From Candidatus Woesearchaeota archaeon (lineage in GTDB: Archaea; Nanobdellota; Nanobdellia; Woesearchaeales; B29-G15), in NCBI GenBank assembly GCA_017610005.1, contig JAFCCU010000001.1, positions 80,371 through 144,370 on the forward strand: a stretch of 64,000 nucleotides of DNA. The letters run 5' to 3'. Below the pieces are notes generated by a model. It was not told where the DNA came from. It ran no database searches and was given only the letters and a program-made list of their open reading frames with translations. The position numbers were made by a program, and so were the translations under genes. The stretch's first letter is position 1. Each line of letters starts with the position of its first letter. This document shows, piece by piece, positions 1 to 10,335 of the stretch.

Positions 1-1
1 A

Positions 2-1234
2 TCCCATTTTGAGAAGATTGAAAAACATCATGAGGATTTATTAGGATACAGGGCAGAATTAACAGAAGGTGTAATAGACCTTAAGGCAAAAATATCTATG
101 CTTAAAGCAAGGGGAAATACTCTTGAAGATTTAGAAAGTGTTTTTAATACGTTTAAGGGATTGGTTTCGTCAAAAGCTCCTATTGAAACTGATTATTTTG
201 TAAATGAAGAATCAGCTTATAAGGCGGCACGAGGAGAGTTTGATGAAGCCCTTGCGTTGGTATTAACTAATGCAAAAGAATTAACAAGAGGAAAATATTC
301 AGAGATTTTAGCAGGTGACTTAAGGGCGAAAAATTTGGGAGAATTAAGAGAAATATTAACTCCTCTTGATGAACAGGTAGAAGAATTAGATGGACTTGCT
401 GCACATTTCTCCCTATTAGGAGATAAACTCTATTTAACGAAAACACAGAGTTTAAGAGGAAAAAAGCTTGATCAGTTAAGAGAAGTTGCAACTACTCTTG
501 ATCAAAAGAGAACCATTGACCTTTCGTATAACGCATCAACAGAAATTCTAGAAGATACAATAAAGTTAAGAGAGGATATTGATAAATATGGTATTTCAGC
601 TGAAAGGATGACCAGAATAATTGATTTAGCAAATACCACTGAAAATTTATCCGGAAGATTCAGAGATTCTAGAGGGAATAAATACTTAACAGCGTCTATT
701 GGAGATTATGAATCCCAAGTTAGACAAATCCAAGGTCAAATTGCAACTATTAAAAATATGGCCCTTGAAATCCTTGATGTAACTTCAGAATCCTTAGCTG
801 AAAAAATGGACATTCCAGGGCTTGAACAAGTAGTAAAATTTTATGAGTCATTTCCCGAGGAAGTTGAAGGGAGAGTTATTGCAACAAAAGCAACGATTAA
901 TGCATTATCCACACCAAAACCTTCTGAATTAAGTGCAGCAACTTACTTTTCAAATTTAAGGCCAAGAAATAGATTTCAAAGCAGGCTTAGTTATACTTTA
1001 GATGGGGGTACTGATAGAACTTATATTGGTAGGCTAAAAACATTTATTGGCCACTTAGGCAATATCCCTCCCCCAAGTGATGTTTATGAAGTTGAATTTG
1101 CACAGAAATTAAGAAAAGGGATTTTATTAATAGCTGCGTCTCCAATAATGAAACTTGAATTAAGAGAATGTCCTGAAAATGAACCAATTATTGCGAAAGC
1201 TTTAGAGAGAATAGATGCATATGCAACAAATTAA
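2..1234 (+). CDS. Hypothetical alpha-helical/coiled-coil protein, 5'-truncated at the window edge. The reading frame is open from nt 2, so the ATG at 98 is probably internal.
   Basis: Frame 2 has no stop from nt 2 to the TAA at 1232-1234. Composition is E/L/K-rich and helical, similar in style to the large members of the tagged family downstream. Confidence 0.5.
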   Translation, partial: SHFEKIEKHHEDLLGYRAELTEGVIDLKAKISMLKARGNTLEDLESVFNTFKGLVSSKAPIETDYFVNEESAYKAARGEFDEALALVLTNAKELTRGKYSEILAGDLRAKNLGELREILTPLDEQVEELDGLAAHFSLLGDKLYLTKTQSLRGKKLDQLREVATTLDQKRTIDLSYNASTEILEDTIKLREDIDKYGISAERMTRIIDLANTTENLSGRFRDSRGNKYLTASIGDYESQVRQIQGQIATIKNMALEILDVTSESLAEKMDIPGLEQVVKFYESFPEEVEGRVIATKATINALSTPKPSELSAATYFSNLRPRNRFQSRLSYTLDGGTDRTYIGRLKTFIGHLGNIPPPSDVYEVEFAQKLRKGILLIAASPIMKLELRECPENEPIIAKALERIDAYATN

Positions 1235-1957
1235 CTATTTTGCTATTTCCCACATCAAATCAAAATACTTTTTATAAGATTCTGCTAATCTCTCATTGAA
1301 TATTTGGATTACTAATGGAGGTTTACTATAAAAGAACATTGCAACTTCTTTCCCACAGGCATGGGTAGAAATATTAGAATTAAATTTTTCAGGTAAAAAT
1401 TTTGCAGCTGTGAAAGGCATTTTATTTAAGAGTTTGATTCTAGTTGTTGCATTTTCGTTGTAAATATGATTCATAACTACCTTTCTTTTTATTCTTTCTT
1501 TGTGAAAGTGAGGAATTTCAAATTTTATAAAATCATCAACTGCTTTTTTTGGAACGCCCCAGACTCTAATTTCATCATTATAATCTAAAAACCCATAAAG
1601 AACAGACATTAATGCTCTAACTCCTTCTCTAACAACCGCCTCTCCACGTTTTTCCCTACATTCAGAAAGTAAATTTAATTGAGGTAAATGTTTTTTGATT
1701 AATTGTTCTTTTTCTTGAATAAACCTTAATAGATTATTTGGTGAAGCTGCTTCAAAATATTTAGTTTCATATCTTGTAGTGTATGCAACAAGCCCTTTTT
1801 TTACAAGCCTTTCTAGAACTTCATAAACATTACTCCGATTAACTTTACTTTTTTTTGCAACCTCTCCTGCTGTTGCTAAACCTATTTCAAGCAAGGTTAA
1901 GTAAACTTTGCCTTCATTAGGTGAAAAACCAATTTCTTCGAAGAATCCTGGATCCAT
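1235..1957 (-). CDS. TrmB-family transcriptional regulator (N-terminal wHTH plus C-terminal effector-like domain)
   Basis: N-terminus EIGFSPNEGKVYLTLLEIGLATAGEVAKKSKVNRSNVYEVLERLVKKGLV matches the TrmB wHTH pattern. 240 aa. Divergent from the tagged-gene array. Confidence 0.65.
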   Translation of the reverse strand: MDPGFFEEIGFSPNEGKVYLTLLEIGLATAGEVAKKSKVNRSNVYEVLERLVKKGLVAYTTRYETKYFEAASPNNLLRFIQEKEQLIKKHLPQLNLLSECREKRGEAVVREGVRALMSVLYGFLDYNDEIRVWGVPKKAVDDFIKFEIPHFHKERIKRKVVMNHIYNENATTRIKLLNKMPFTAAKFLPEKFNSNISTHACGKEVAMFFYSKPPLVIQIFNERLAESYKKYFDLMWEIAK

Positions 1958-2047
1958 GGTAATTATATATGCAGCTGATTTATTAACTTTTCTTTAAATT
2001 TCAACGAAAAGTTTATTTATATCCTTCCTAATAATAATTTTAAGGAG

Positions 2048-2269
2048 GTGAAGCACTTGAAAAAACAAGTTTACGAAAAACTTGCTGCTCTAATAACTGC
2101 AGCATTTGGGCTTGTAGCTGCATTGGCTTGGAATGATACAATTAAGGCAATATTCAAGGCAGTATTTGGTAATTCTGATGGTATCTGGCCCATGTTAATT
2201 TATGCAGTTATTGTAACAATTATTGCGATATTTGTAACAATTTGGATTAGCAAGCTGGCTGACAAATAA
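2048..2269 (+). CDS. Small two-TM membrane protein (hypothetical). A TTG at 2057, nine nt after an AAGGAGGTG Shine-Dalgarno, is a likelier start.
   Basis: Two hydrophobic helices (LAALITAAFGLVAALAW and MLIYAVIVTIIAIFVTIWI). Strong SD sequence upstream. Confidence 0.5.
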   Translation: MKHLKKQVYEKLAALITAAFGLVAALAWNDTIKAIFKAVFGNSDGIWPMLIYAVIVTIIAIFVTIWISKLADK

Positions 2270-2271
2270 TT

Positions 2272-2292
2272 TTTTTCTTTTTGTTTCTCCGA
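2272..2292 (+). terminator. Oligo-T tract after the small membrane protein gene (archaeal-type terminator candidate)
   Basis: TAATTTTTTTCTTTTTGTTTCTCC immediately 3' of the stop codon. Confidence 0.25.
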
Positions 2293-2430
2293 CGCCAAAT
2301 GTGCAAAACCTTTATAAGGCATTGCTGGTTAGTACTTTGTGGTGGTACGGGGATTGAAATTGGGGATATTAAATTATATTACTAAAAGTGAATTTAGTGA
2401 TTTCTTAAATAAAGATTACGGGGCAACAAG

Positions 2431-3678
2431 ATGAGCGATTCCGTAAGACCAAGACTGGATGATTTATTAAGAGAACCAGAAGATTATGGATGGAGATCTG
2501 GACCCCTTGAAGAGATTACTTGGACGTATACAAGGACGTCGCCAGGTGGGGAAACTAAACAATTTAAGAAAACTGAACCAGTTTATTATGTTAGAAAACA
2601 TGAAGTAATTCCAGCAGGCGAACACAAAATTGATTTTGATATTATAATTGAAGAGGGAGGATTTTTACAGGTACGTGCAGGTGCACATTTATATGAGGGA
2701 GAGATGAAATCAATTTGTGTTAGGGGAGGGACTCTACAAATCGAAGGTACTCCTAAAAATAAAGTGATTATTGCACCGATGACGGGTGTAAGAAACTTTT
2801 TAGGACTATCTTTTGAAGATAAATCCAGGGATTCTATCATTAGAAATTGTGATATTTTTGGAGAAACATTTGGGAATCAATTTGTGGAAGAAAATCCTTC
2901 TGATAGGGAGTTTAATATGGCCATGATAAGGCTTAAGGATCATTCCTACGTATCTTTAGATGGTGTCAACATTTTTGTAGGGGATTTGGTTGCTGGAGCA
3001 GTTAAACTCAACGAGTCGGGGATGTCTCTTAGAAATTCACAACTTACTTCCACTTCAAGAAAAGAAAGAAAACCTTATGGAATTTTAGGAGAAGATTCAT
3101 CTGCAGAAATTTACAAAACTGGGTTTAAGGGATTTAGAGAAAGTCCAATTTCTGGAAAAATGAATTTAGTACTTGTTGGAAGCGTAGTAGAAGATTATGA
3201 AGGCCAAAGAAGTTTTATTCATATACAGAAATACAATGTTAAGGCAGAAGATAATACATTTAAGGATTGTATCGTTGATGGAAATTCTAGGCCTGGGGGG
3301 ATAACATTAGATCAAGTTCCTTTTTTTACCTTCCAGTGGAATAAGTACATAAATTGTCGTGCTAATCGGGGAGGAGGAGTAAGAACAAGATTCTCAAAAG
3401 GGACATTTAAAGATGAAGAATTTAGAAAATGTAAGGCTCAAAATGGTGGAGCAGTTCATGTATTAGAGGGGCATGTTAGATTTGAAGATTGTGAATTTCT
3501 TGAAGGATATGCCTCTGAAAGAGGGGGCGCATTATGGTTGCAGGCTGATTCAGAAGGACCCTTGCATGAGGTTGTGAATTGTACAGCTAAAGGGAATACA
3601 GGCAAACTTGCAGGTAGAAATTATTTCCACCATCCTGAGCGCAAACAAGCTACAATCATAGGAGGGATACAAGAATAA
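2431..3678 (+). CDS. Tagged family member 1: N-terminal MSDSVRPRLDDLLREP tag plus right-handed parallel beta-helix protein
   Basis: N-tag, then a WRS motif, IPAGEH-x-IDFDII, AGAHL, and repeated GGxV/GGAL beta-helix-like turns (GGGVRTRF, NGGAVHVLEG, RGGALWLQ). No signal peptide or TM segment. Confidence 0.7.
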   Translation: MSDSVRPRLDDLLREPEDYGWRSGPLEEITWTYTRTSPGGETKQFKKTEPVYYVRKHEVIPAGEHKIDFDIIIEEGGFLQVRAGAHLYEGEMKSICVRGGTLQIEGTPKNKVIIAPMTGVRNFLGLSFEDKSRDSIIRNCDIFGETFGNQFVEENPSDREFNMAMIRLKDHSYVSLDGVNIFVGDLVAGAVKLNESGMSLRNSQLTSTSRKERKPYGILGEDSSAEIYKTGFKGFRESPISGKMNLVLVGSVVEDYEGQRSFIHIQKYNVKAEDNTFKDCIVDGNSRPGGITLDQVPFFTFQWNKYINCRANRGGGVRTRFSKGTFKDEEFRKCKAQNGGAVHVLEGHVRFEDCEFLEGYASERGGALWLQADSEGPLHEVVNCTAKGNTGKLAGRNYFHHPERKQATIIGGIQE

Positions 3679-4664
3679 TGTCAAGTGATGATAGTATCAG
3701 GGGAAGGGTTGAAGATTTATTAAAAATTCCTGGTGAGGGGGTTTCTTCTGAAATGAGCCTCATTTTTGGAGATACCCCTCCCGAAGGGTTTTCAAGAGAA
3801 AATGGAGTAATCTCCTTACCTCATGGGAGTGCATTAGTTAAACCTATTGTTAAATCAAAAACAATTGAAGAGATTTTACTTGATGGTAAAAATTTGCCTA
3901 ATTCTGTAGATTTTGCAAAGAAAAGAAATATATTAAAATTATTACAAGCTGCAAGAGAACAAATTTGTTTAAACGTTCAGGCAAAATATCCTATTCTTGA
4001 ACTTCCAAAAGATAGTTTTGGAAATGATTTACAAGTCATTGATTCAAGTATTGGTCTCTTGCCTGCAATTTTAGAATTTCATCCAGTGAGCATTAAAAAG
4101 GTTTCTGGGAGAATTGAAGTGGTTGACCTTTATACACAAAAAAAGTATTCCTCAAGTCTAGGACATTCATATGAGAACGAAATATTAACCAAAAAAACTT
4201 GTTTTTCAGAAAGTATGGGATCATTGGCTATTGCAGGTGCAATGATGGACCAACTTTCTTTACTTTCAAACACAATAGAAGACAATGGGAGAATTGGATT
4301 TAGGCCAGGCGAAGGAATTGTTGTTTATTTTCCTTTTTGGAAATTCTTAGTAAAGCAAACACTTGACATAATGGGGGAGGATATTTTACAATTCAAGGTA
4401 ATGGGGAAGGGATCAATAGAAAGACATTTTTGGGAACATGAGGCAACTGTTAGTTTCTATCATGGAATTTCTTTTGATGGAATACTCGGGCATTATGAAG
4501 GTTATGATTTTGGATTATCTATGAGGGGTGTTGGTGTAAGTAATTTAATTAAATCTGATAAGGTAACTAATAAACAAATAAGAGCGCATCCCTCTCCTTT
4601 TTTCCCTCCAATCAAGGCCCCGGCGGAGTTAGTTTATTCCTTTACAGGGGGTAGAATAAATTGA
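3678..4664 (+). CDS. Tagged family member 2: N-tag (SIRGRVEDLLKIPGEG) plus unrelated 310-aa body
   Basis: Start overlaps the previous stop (TAATG). The tag is divergent but recognisable. Body has no beta-helix repeats and no TM segment. Confidence 0.55.
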   Translation: MSSDDSIRGRVEDLLKIPGEGVSSEMSLIFGDTPPEGFSRENGVISLPHGSALVKPIVKSKTIEEILLDGKNLPNSVDFAKKRNILKLLQAAREQICLNVQAKYPILELPKDSFGNDLQVIDSSIGLLPAILEFHPVSIKKVSGRIEVVDLYTQKKYSSSLGHSYENEILTKKTCFSESMGSLAIAGAMMDQLSLLSNTIEDNGRIGFRPGEGIVVYFPFWKFLVKQTLDIMGEDILQFKVMGKGSIERHFWEHEATVSFYHGISFDGILGHYEGYDFGLSMRGVGVSNLIKSDKVTNKQIRAHPSPFFPPIKAPAELVYSFTGGRIN

Positions 4665-5005
4665 CAGATTCAGGATCTATTAGACAGAGAATGGATGATC
4701 TTTTACGTATCCCAGAAGTATCTCAAATTGAACAAATTGCAAATACTCAACATGTTGCCCCATCCATTGTAAAACCTAATTGGCCCAACAGAGAATATTA
4801 TGCTATGTTAAATGATTATTGCAAACAGTTACAAACAGAGGCTGAAGAATCAAGAAAAGGGGAAGAGCAAGCACAAGCAATTGGTGCAATTGTTGTTAGC
4901 CTTTGGTATTACGGTGTAATTAAGCCAGCGGCTCCTTTTATTGCTTATGCTGCTAAAAGGATTTTTCATCCTACAAGAAAGGTTATAAAAAATGCCAGAA
5001 AATGA
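4661..5005 (+). CDS. Tagged family member 3: 114-aa protein, N-tag plus C-terminal TM helix (tail-anchored type)
   Basis: MTDSGSIRQRMDDLLRIPE tag. C-terminal hydrophobic AIGAIVVSLWYYGVIKPAAPFIAYAA followed by a basic tail. Start overlaps the previous gene by 4 nt. Confidence 0.5.
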   Translation: MTDSGSIRQRMDDLLRIPEVSQIEQIANTQHVAPSIVKPNWPNREYYAMLNDYCKQLQTEAEESRKGEEQAQAIGAIVVSLWYYGVIKPAAPFIAYAAKRIFHPTRKVIKNARK

Positions 5006-6224
5006 TTCAGTAAGGGATAAGTTGGATCACTTAGTTAGTAGTGCAAGTGATCTTTTATCTTCTCCAATTACAAAGGATATTACACTTCCAATTGATGAGT
5101 ATCATCTTGCAAATCCTATTAGGGTTGCACCTTCAGGATCATTAACAATTCTTGGAGGCACAGTAATTCACAGAGGCCTTAAATCTGGGATTATTGCAGA
5201 AGGCCCAATTTTTATAAAAGGAGAAGAGGAAAATGAAGTTCTCTTTCCCTCAAAAAATAATAAAACTGGGGCTCCTGGAATTTTAATTAGCGGAGAAGCT
5301 GCTAAAAGTTCAGAATTAAAACATTTAATCATAGGTGGGGGGAATGATCCAATTTTACATCGATATAGGATTAAAGGCTTAAATGGATTTATAGGAGATT
5401 CTGCGATTAATGTTGTTGATTCAAAAGCCAAATTGGAGGATGTGCAAATTGAAGACTGGAGAGGGGTTTCTTCCATCAGTTTTTTAAGATCAAAAGGAGA
5501 AATGACAAGAGTGCAAGTCCTGAGAGGAGGAGACATTTCAAATGCTCCAAAGTACAATGGTGCAGGGATTAGTATCCACCAATCTACTGTAAATATAGAA
5601 AATGGTTTAATTAGGTTGGTGGAAGGACAAGGGCTTATTGCAGTTGAAAGTGCAGTTTTTATAGAAAATATTGATGTTACAGAATGTCTAGGCGCAGGAA
5701 TTGTTTATTCAAGATCTTCTGGGGCAATTTTGGGTGGAAATTCCCGACAAAACGGAATAGGTATATTTGTCTATGAGGGGTTTGATTTTAATATTAAAAA
5801 TTTTGTTATCAAAAGAAACAAAAAATCTGGCGTAGTTCTTGTTTGCCCTCAAGAAGTCGTGTTGACTGAGTGTCCAATCAGATCAAATGGAAGAGCAAAA
5901 TATGGGGGAGGGGTTTATTTAGATTTAGGAAAAGAAGGCACAAGCAGAGCTGAAATTCTTGGATGTGAAATAATTGGAAACTCAGCAAAATGTGGTGGAG
6001 GAGTTGTAATAAAAGGAATTGGAAATGGTACTTATAGTTTTGAAGGGACAATCATTGATAGGAATACTGTAACAGAAAAAGTAGGAGGAGTGCTCTTTGA
6101 AGCAAGTAAGATTGGAAATTTAGAGGAATTATTTAATGGGACTATGGGCGAAGAGAACATCCCTACTAAGTTTGGAGTAGAAGTAGGAATTACTGGAGGA
6201 TTTGATTATGGGCCGTACAAATAA
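4992..6224 (+). CDS. Tagged family member 4: N-tag (DSVRDKLDHLVSS) plus parallel beta-helix protein
   Basis: Repeated GGGVYLD, CGGGVVIKG and VGGVLFEAS turns, Gly/Asn/Ile-rich. Overlaps member 3 by 14 nt. Confidence 0.65.
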   Translation: MPENDSVRDKLDHLVSSASDLLSSPITKDITLPIDEYHLANPIRVAPSGSLTILGGTVIHRGLKSGIIAEGPIFIKGEEENEVLFPSKNNKTGAPGILISGEAAKSSELKHLIIGGGNDPILHRYRIKGLNGFIGDSAINVVDSKAKLEDVQIEDWRGVSSISFLRSKGEMTRVQVLRGGDISNAPKYNGAGISIHQSTVNIENGLIRLVEGQGLIAVESAVFIENIDVTECLGAGIVYSRSSGAILGGNSRQNGIGIFVYEGFDFNIKNFVIKRNKKSGVVLVCPQEVVLTECPIRSNGRAKYGGGVYLDLGKEGTSRAEILGCEIIGNSAKCGGGVVIKGIGNGTYSFEGTIIDRNTVTEKVGGVLFEASKIGNLEELFNGTMGEENIPTKFGVEVGITGGFDYGPYK

Positions 6225-9087
6225 AGATTCAGTAAGAAAGGATTTAGATGATTTAGTTAGTCTCCCTCCTATTGCTCAACCTTCTAAAGATAATATAGCT
6301 AGTAGTCCTCATGTTACTCCACCATATCAAAAGAAAAATTTTTTTAAAAGATATCCAAAAATTTCTACAGCATTGGCAGTTGGGACAGTGGGATTATTGC
6401 TCTGGGGAACTTTTGGCATTATGAAAAGGTTAAGCCAAACTAATTTAATAAACCTCCCAGCAGAAACTTATGAGGTTGACCCATATGTAAGAACAGAAAA
6501 TGAATTACAGGACCTTACAACTCAAGTTCATAATTTTAAAACAGGAATTTTATCAGGAACAGTAACAGAGGCAAGTTATAATTCTCTTCTCAGCCAAATC
6601 AATTTCAAACCAGAATACCAAGAATTAACAAAGGGACTTGAAACTGCGTGGTTTGATGGAGTAACTCTACCTGGTTATCTTGCTGACCTACAAACTGCAA
6701 GAGACCATTTAGAAGCTGATGATATTAACGCTACAAATTTGGCTATTGATTCGCTTGAACAAAGATTGCAAGAAGATATTGGAGAACATCCAAATTTATT
6801 AACAATCCAATCTGAAATAACACAATTAAGAGAATTAACTATTCCATATTCTATTCTTGAAAATAGATTTGAAGCCCTAGATGAAATGGTTGATGATGAC
6901 AACCTCAAAAGTGCATTAGTTTTCTCATCAACATTACTTACAGATATTCAATTATTTATTAATCAAAAGGACTACCTCCCTGCTAAAGTTTTATTGCAAG
7001 AAGCACAATCTTACCAGTTAAATTCAATTGAGATTCCCATTGGGGAAGGGGGCCTAATTGCCTTAAAAAATCAAGCTGAAGGGGGGCGTTACGAAGATGT
7101 GCTTGAACAATTTGAATCCTTATATCAATTTTTATCAATGAGCGAATCCCCTGAGCTTGTTGCTCTTGCCCTAGAAACAGGTTCATTCTTTTTTGAGGGT
7201 TATCTTGTCCCCATGAATCGAGCAATAGTGGGATCAATATATCAAGACTTATTTCCAGCTAACAACTTTGATAGGGCAAGGGAAATGACTGATTCTATGG
7301 TGGAAGAAGTAAGGGCATTTAGACAAGAATATAATTTTGGAATATTAAACACTTTTGCTCAAGAACTGGACCAATTAGTTGATTCAATCAATTCCGCTGA
7401 AGAAGAATACTTGAGGGTCGAAGCATTAGGTGATGTTGTTCAAACTGTGGAAATGGTTTATGCATTATCTAATGCAGGGAATTATGATTTGGCTTATGAA
7501 CGATTTCAAGAGGCAGAAACAGAGTTACTTAAAATTAATACAATAGATGCAATCACCCTTAGAAAAAATATGAGAACTTTTGCAGAGGCAAATTTTTTAA
7601 GAGACGTTTTAACAAGGGCGCAGGGATCAATTGGTGAATTATTTGCTGAAGGGGAAGTCATTAATGCCTTGCAAGCAAATTATAATTTGGAGAAAGAATT
7701 GGGCAAAATAGAAGATGGCTCAGAGATAAGAAGTTTTAGGGATCAAATGGTGGAAGCAAGTGGTGCCCAAAGGGCTTCAATTATTAGCGCTTATTCAAGG
7801 AAAATATGGGCAGACACTGGAAATCATGATATTTCTCTTTCCATTAGACAAAGAAGTATGTGGACGAATGTGGACGGAGTTCCAAAAGCAGTATCTTTAT
7901 TCTTGCCCGGCATGGTTGCAGTTTCTCCTGGTGAGTCTCATGTTATTTTAGGTAATCTTCTATCTGAATCCTATTTATCAGATCCAAATAGATCTGGATA
8001 TATCTTTAACCCTTATATGTTTAAAAATTTTGTAATCGCTGATGCTGATGGGTCTCTTAGGAATAATGAGATAAATATTATTGCGTCTCTTTTTAGCAAT
8101 TTGGTTAAAAGAAGTATTGGTAGAGATGTTGTAACTTATTACAATTGGCAAGAAGGAGCCTTATTTGGTGACTTGGATATTCCTGAGATTTCCTGGGAAA
8201 GTGAAAATTCGTTTTGGATGGCAGCAGGACTTAATAGATATTTAATTACATTTAATCCTGAAAATAATTCTATTGTTGACATTGTGGAAGAACATTACGG
8301 TCGTGACTGGAATTATTTTGATTTGGGGGATAAAGATCACATTGAAGAGATTTTAACAGTTAACCCAGATAATTGGGATATTGATTTAGAAGATATTGAT
8401 GGTTCTAAAGAGATGATCGATCTGGGAAGGCAGTTTGGTGCTTCTTTGGCTATATTAAAATTTTATGATGCTAAGAGATTGGCTGAGGCAATTGTGGCCT
8501 ATGATGGCCAACCCGGCCTTAGTACTGCGGAAATAAACACAATAGAACGGGCTTCTTATGAATTAGAAAAAATAATAATGCCTAATCTTAGGTTCCTTAG
8601 CGCATTTAACCAAGGCACCATTTACCCAAACATTGAACAGAGACAAGATGGTCTTTATTCAATAATTGGTTCCAGAGAAATTGAGCTTTTTGATGGAACT
8701 CCTTGCAGGTATGGGGTTTCCCCTGATGCCTCAAGAGTTGCAATTGTAAGAATGACAAATGAGGGGTGGTATTTTTCTGATTTTATTGTTGTTGATATTG
8801 ATGGGAGGGACCGTGTTGATAACTCCGCAATTCTAAATATGATAAACCAAGTTGAGGATAGCAGGGAAGGGGAAGCTTCGTGTGATGTTATTCAATTTGT
8901 ACCATTTGAGTGGGTCGATAATGATACGATTAGGGCAAATTATCCAAGAAGTGTGTCAGATGTGTGTTTAATAGATGTTAATAGAGATAATCAAATTGTT
9001 TACTTTATAGACCCAGTTTATACAAATAAGGAGTGGACTGAAAGAGAGATAAGAGACGAAATGGGGGCCAATTACCCTGGGAATTAA
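6202..9087 (+). CDS. Tagged family member 5: 961-aa type-II membrane protein. Cytoplasmic N-tag, signal-anchor TM, large helical/mixed ectodomain.
   Basis: NKDSVRKDLDDLVSLPP tag. KKNFFKRYPK followed by hydrophobic ISTALAVGTVGLLLWGTFGIM, giving N-in topology. C-terminus ...EMGANYPGN. Confidence 0.7.
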   Translation: MIMGRTNKDSVRKDLDDLVSLPPIAQPSKDNIASSPHVTPPYQKKNFFKRYPKISTALAVGTVGLLLWGTFGIMKRLSQTNLINLPAETYEVDPYVRTENELQDLTTQVHNFKTGILSGTVTEASYNSLLSQINFKPEYQELTKGLETAWFDGVTLPGYLADLQTARDHLEADDINATNLAIDSLEQRLQEDIGEHPNLLTIQSEITQLRELTIPYSILENRFEALDEMVDDDNLKSALVFSSTLLTDIQLFINQKDYLPAKVLLQEAQSYQLNSIEIPIGEGGLIALKNQAEGGRYEDVLEQFESLYQFLSMSESPELVALALETGSFFFEGYLVPMNRAIVGSIYQDLFPANNFDRAREMTDSMVEEVRAFRQEYNFGILNTFAQELDQLVDSINSAEEEYLRVEALGDVVQTVEMVYALSNAGNYDLAYERFQEAETELLKINTIDAITLRKNMRTFAEANFLRDVLTRAQGSIGELFAEGEVINALQANYNLEKELGKIEDGSEIRSFRDQMVEASGAQRASIISAYSRKIWADTGNHDISLSIRQRSMWTNVDGVPKAVSLFLPGMVAVSPGESHVILGNLLSESYLSDPNRSGYIFNPYMFKNFVIADADGSLRNNEINIIASLFSNLVKRSIGRDVVTYYNWQEGALFGDLDIPEISWESENSFWMAAGLNRYLITFNPENNSIVDIVEEHYGRDWNYFDLGDKDHIEEILTVNPDNWDIDLEDIDGSKEMIDLGRQFGASLAILKFYDAKRLAEAIVAYDGQPGLSTAEINTIERASYELEKIIMPNLRFLSAFNQGTIYPNIEQRQDGLYSIIGSREIELFDGTPCRYGVSPDASRVAIVRMTNEGWYFSDFIVVDIDGRDRVDNSAILNMINQVEDSREGEASCDVIQFVPFEWVDNDTIRANYPRSVSDVCLIDVNRDNQIVYFIDPVYTNKEWTEREIRDEMGANYPGN

Positions 9088-9120
9088 AATGAGAATTATG
9101 GGGCAAATGAGGAATAAGAA

Positions 9121-10194
9121 ATGAGTGATTCAGTAAGAAAACAACTGGATGATCTATTAAGAGAATCAGCTAAAGAAGGAGTTCTTAGAGGTGAGAGGCC
9201 TTTAGAAAGGGAAAGACTCTTAGATGGTTCAAAACCAGCTACGCAATATATATCTCCAGGAGGACCATATGGTAAAAAGGAAGTAGGCAGAAGAATTCTT
9301 CTCCCAGGAGATCACATCTTTAATCATATTATAAATGTTAACGGAAACCTTGAACTACAAGCAGGGGCACATTTAATCCCTGGTCCAGAAGGAGGGTTAA
9401 ATGTTGAAGGAAAGTTAATCTTCCTGGGTACAGAAGATAATCCTGTTATAGTTGAACCAGCAATGGGATATTGCCAGGGCATTGTCGTTAGGGAAGGAGT
9501 TGTGCATTTTGAACATGCCCAGATTATTGGAATGAGTAAGCTTGATATTGTTAAAGGGGTAACAAGAATACTTGGCAAAACAGGATTAAAAATGATTGGT
9601 TCGTATGGGTCATTAAAAGACACCGAGTTTACAGAAAGTGCGTATATTTCAATGGATGGAGAAGGTTCAACTGTTAGGTTGATGAGAGTAAACGCACATA
9701 ATAATGGTGGATTTGTTGGTTGTCCAATCTTACAATTCTTCCGAGGTAGTCTTTTTGCTGAAGAGCTTGGTATGTACAACAATAGGTCAGAATATTCAGG
9801 GTTATCAATTGCGATGATGAAAGCTGAAATTGTTAGAGCTCATCTGAGATCTCAAAGAACAACCGCGTTGCGTGTGTATTCTAGTCAATTATTAATGGAG
9901 GACTCTATTATAGCGGAAAATAGTGCCCGTTATGGGGCTGGTTTATCTATTGAAGAAAATTCATTGGTTGAATTGTTGGACACTATTGTAAGAAGTAATG
10001 ATGCAAAAGTGGCTGCTGCAGGAACATATTTGCAAGAGTCAATATTAAGATTAAAAGGAACAACTAGATATGAGAAAAACAGGGCCCCTATTGCAGAAGC
10101 AATAGGTTTTGTAGGAAAACCTCCAAAGTTGGAAGATTCAGTACATATAGATGGTGAAATCTTAGCTATAGAAAGAATAACTGGGAGGTCCTAA
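9121..10194 (+). CDS. Tagged family member 6: MSDSVRKQLDDLLRES tag plus beta-helix-like protein
   Basis: The 5' 45 nt are near-identical to member 8. LLPGDHIFNHIINVNGNLELQAGAHLIPGP is shared with members 1 and 7-9. Confidence 0.7.
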   Translation: MSDSVRKQLDDLLRESAKEGVLRGERPLERERLLDGSKPATQYISPGGPYGKKEVGRRILLPGDHIFNHIINVNGNLELQAGAHLIPGPEGGLNVEGKLIFLGTEDNPVIVEPAMGYCQGIVVREGVVHFEHAQIIGMSKLDIVKGVTRILGKTGLKMIGSYGSLKDTEFTESAYISMDGEGSTVRLMRVNAHNNGGFVGCPILQFFRGSLFAEELGMYNNRSEYSGLSIAMMKAEIVRAHLRSQRTTALRVYSSQLLMEDSIIAENSARYGAGLSIEENSLVELLDTIVRSNDAKVAAAGTYLQESILRLKGTTRYEKNRAPIAEAIGFVGKPPKLEDSVHIDGEILAIERITGRS

Positions 10195-10245
10195 GAAAAA
10201 TCAAGTTAAAGACATTTATCACAGGATGTTGACTAAAAGAATATT

Positions 10246-10335
10246 GTGAGAAGAAATGGGAACCAATTACCCTGGGAATTAAAATGAGAATTATCAAGCA
10301 AATGGGGAAAACGAAATGAGTGATTCAGTAAGGGA
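10246..10335 (+). repeat. Duplicated gene-junction fragment: a copy of 9052-9140 (3' end of member 5, intergenic spacer, 5' end of the next gene)
   Basis: gaaatgggaaccaattaccctgggaattaaaatgagaattat... versus gaaatgggggccaattaccctgggaattaaaatgagaattat... A relic ...EEMGTNYPGN* reading frame is preceded by a stop. Confidence 0.8.

Noticed and set aside
267-491. 74-aa minus-strand ORF inside the first gene
   Set aside because: Antisense to a longer, better-supported ORF; low-complexity L/I-rich translation typical of AT-rich antisense frames.
3678-6224. Reading members 2-4 as frameshift fragments of one gene
   Set aside because: Each fragment independently begins with its own copy of the N-terminal tag right after a start codon, so they are separate genes rather than a broken one.
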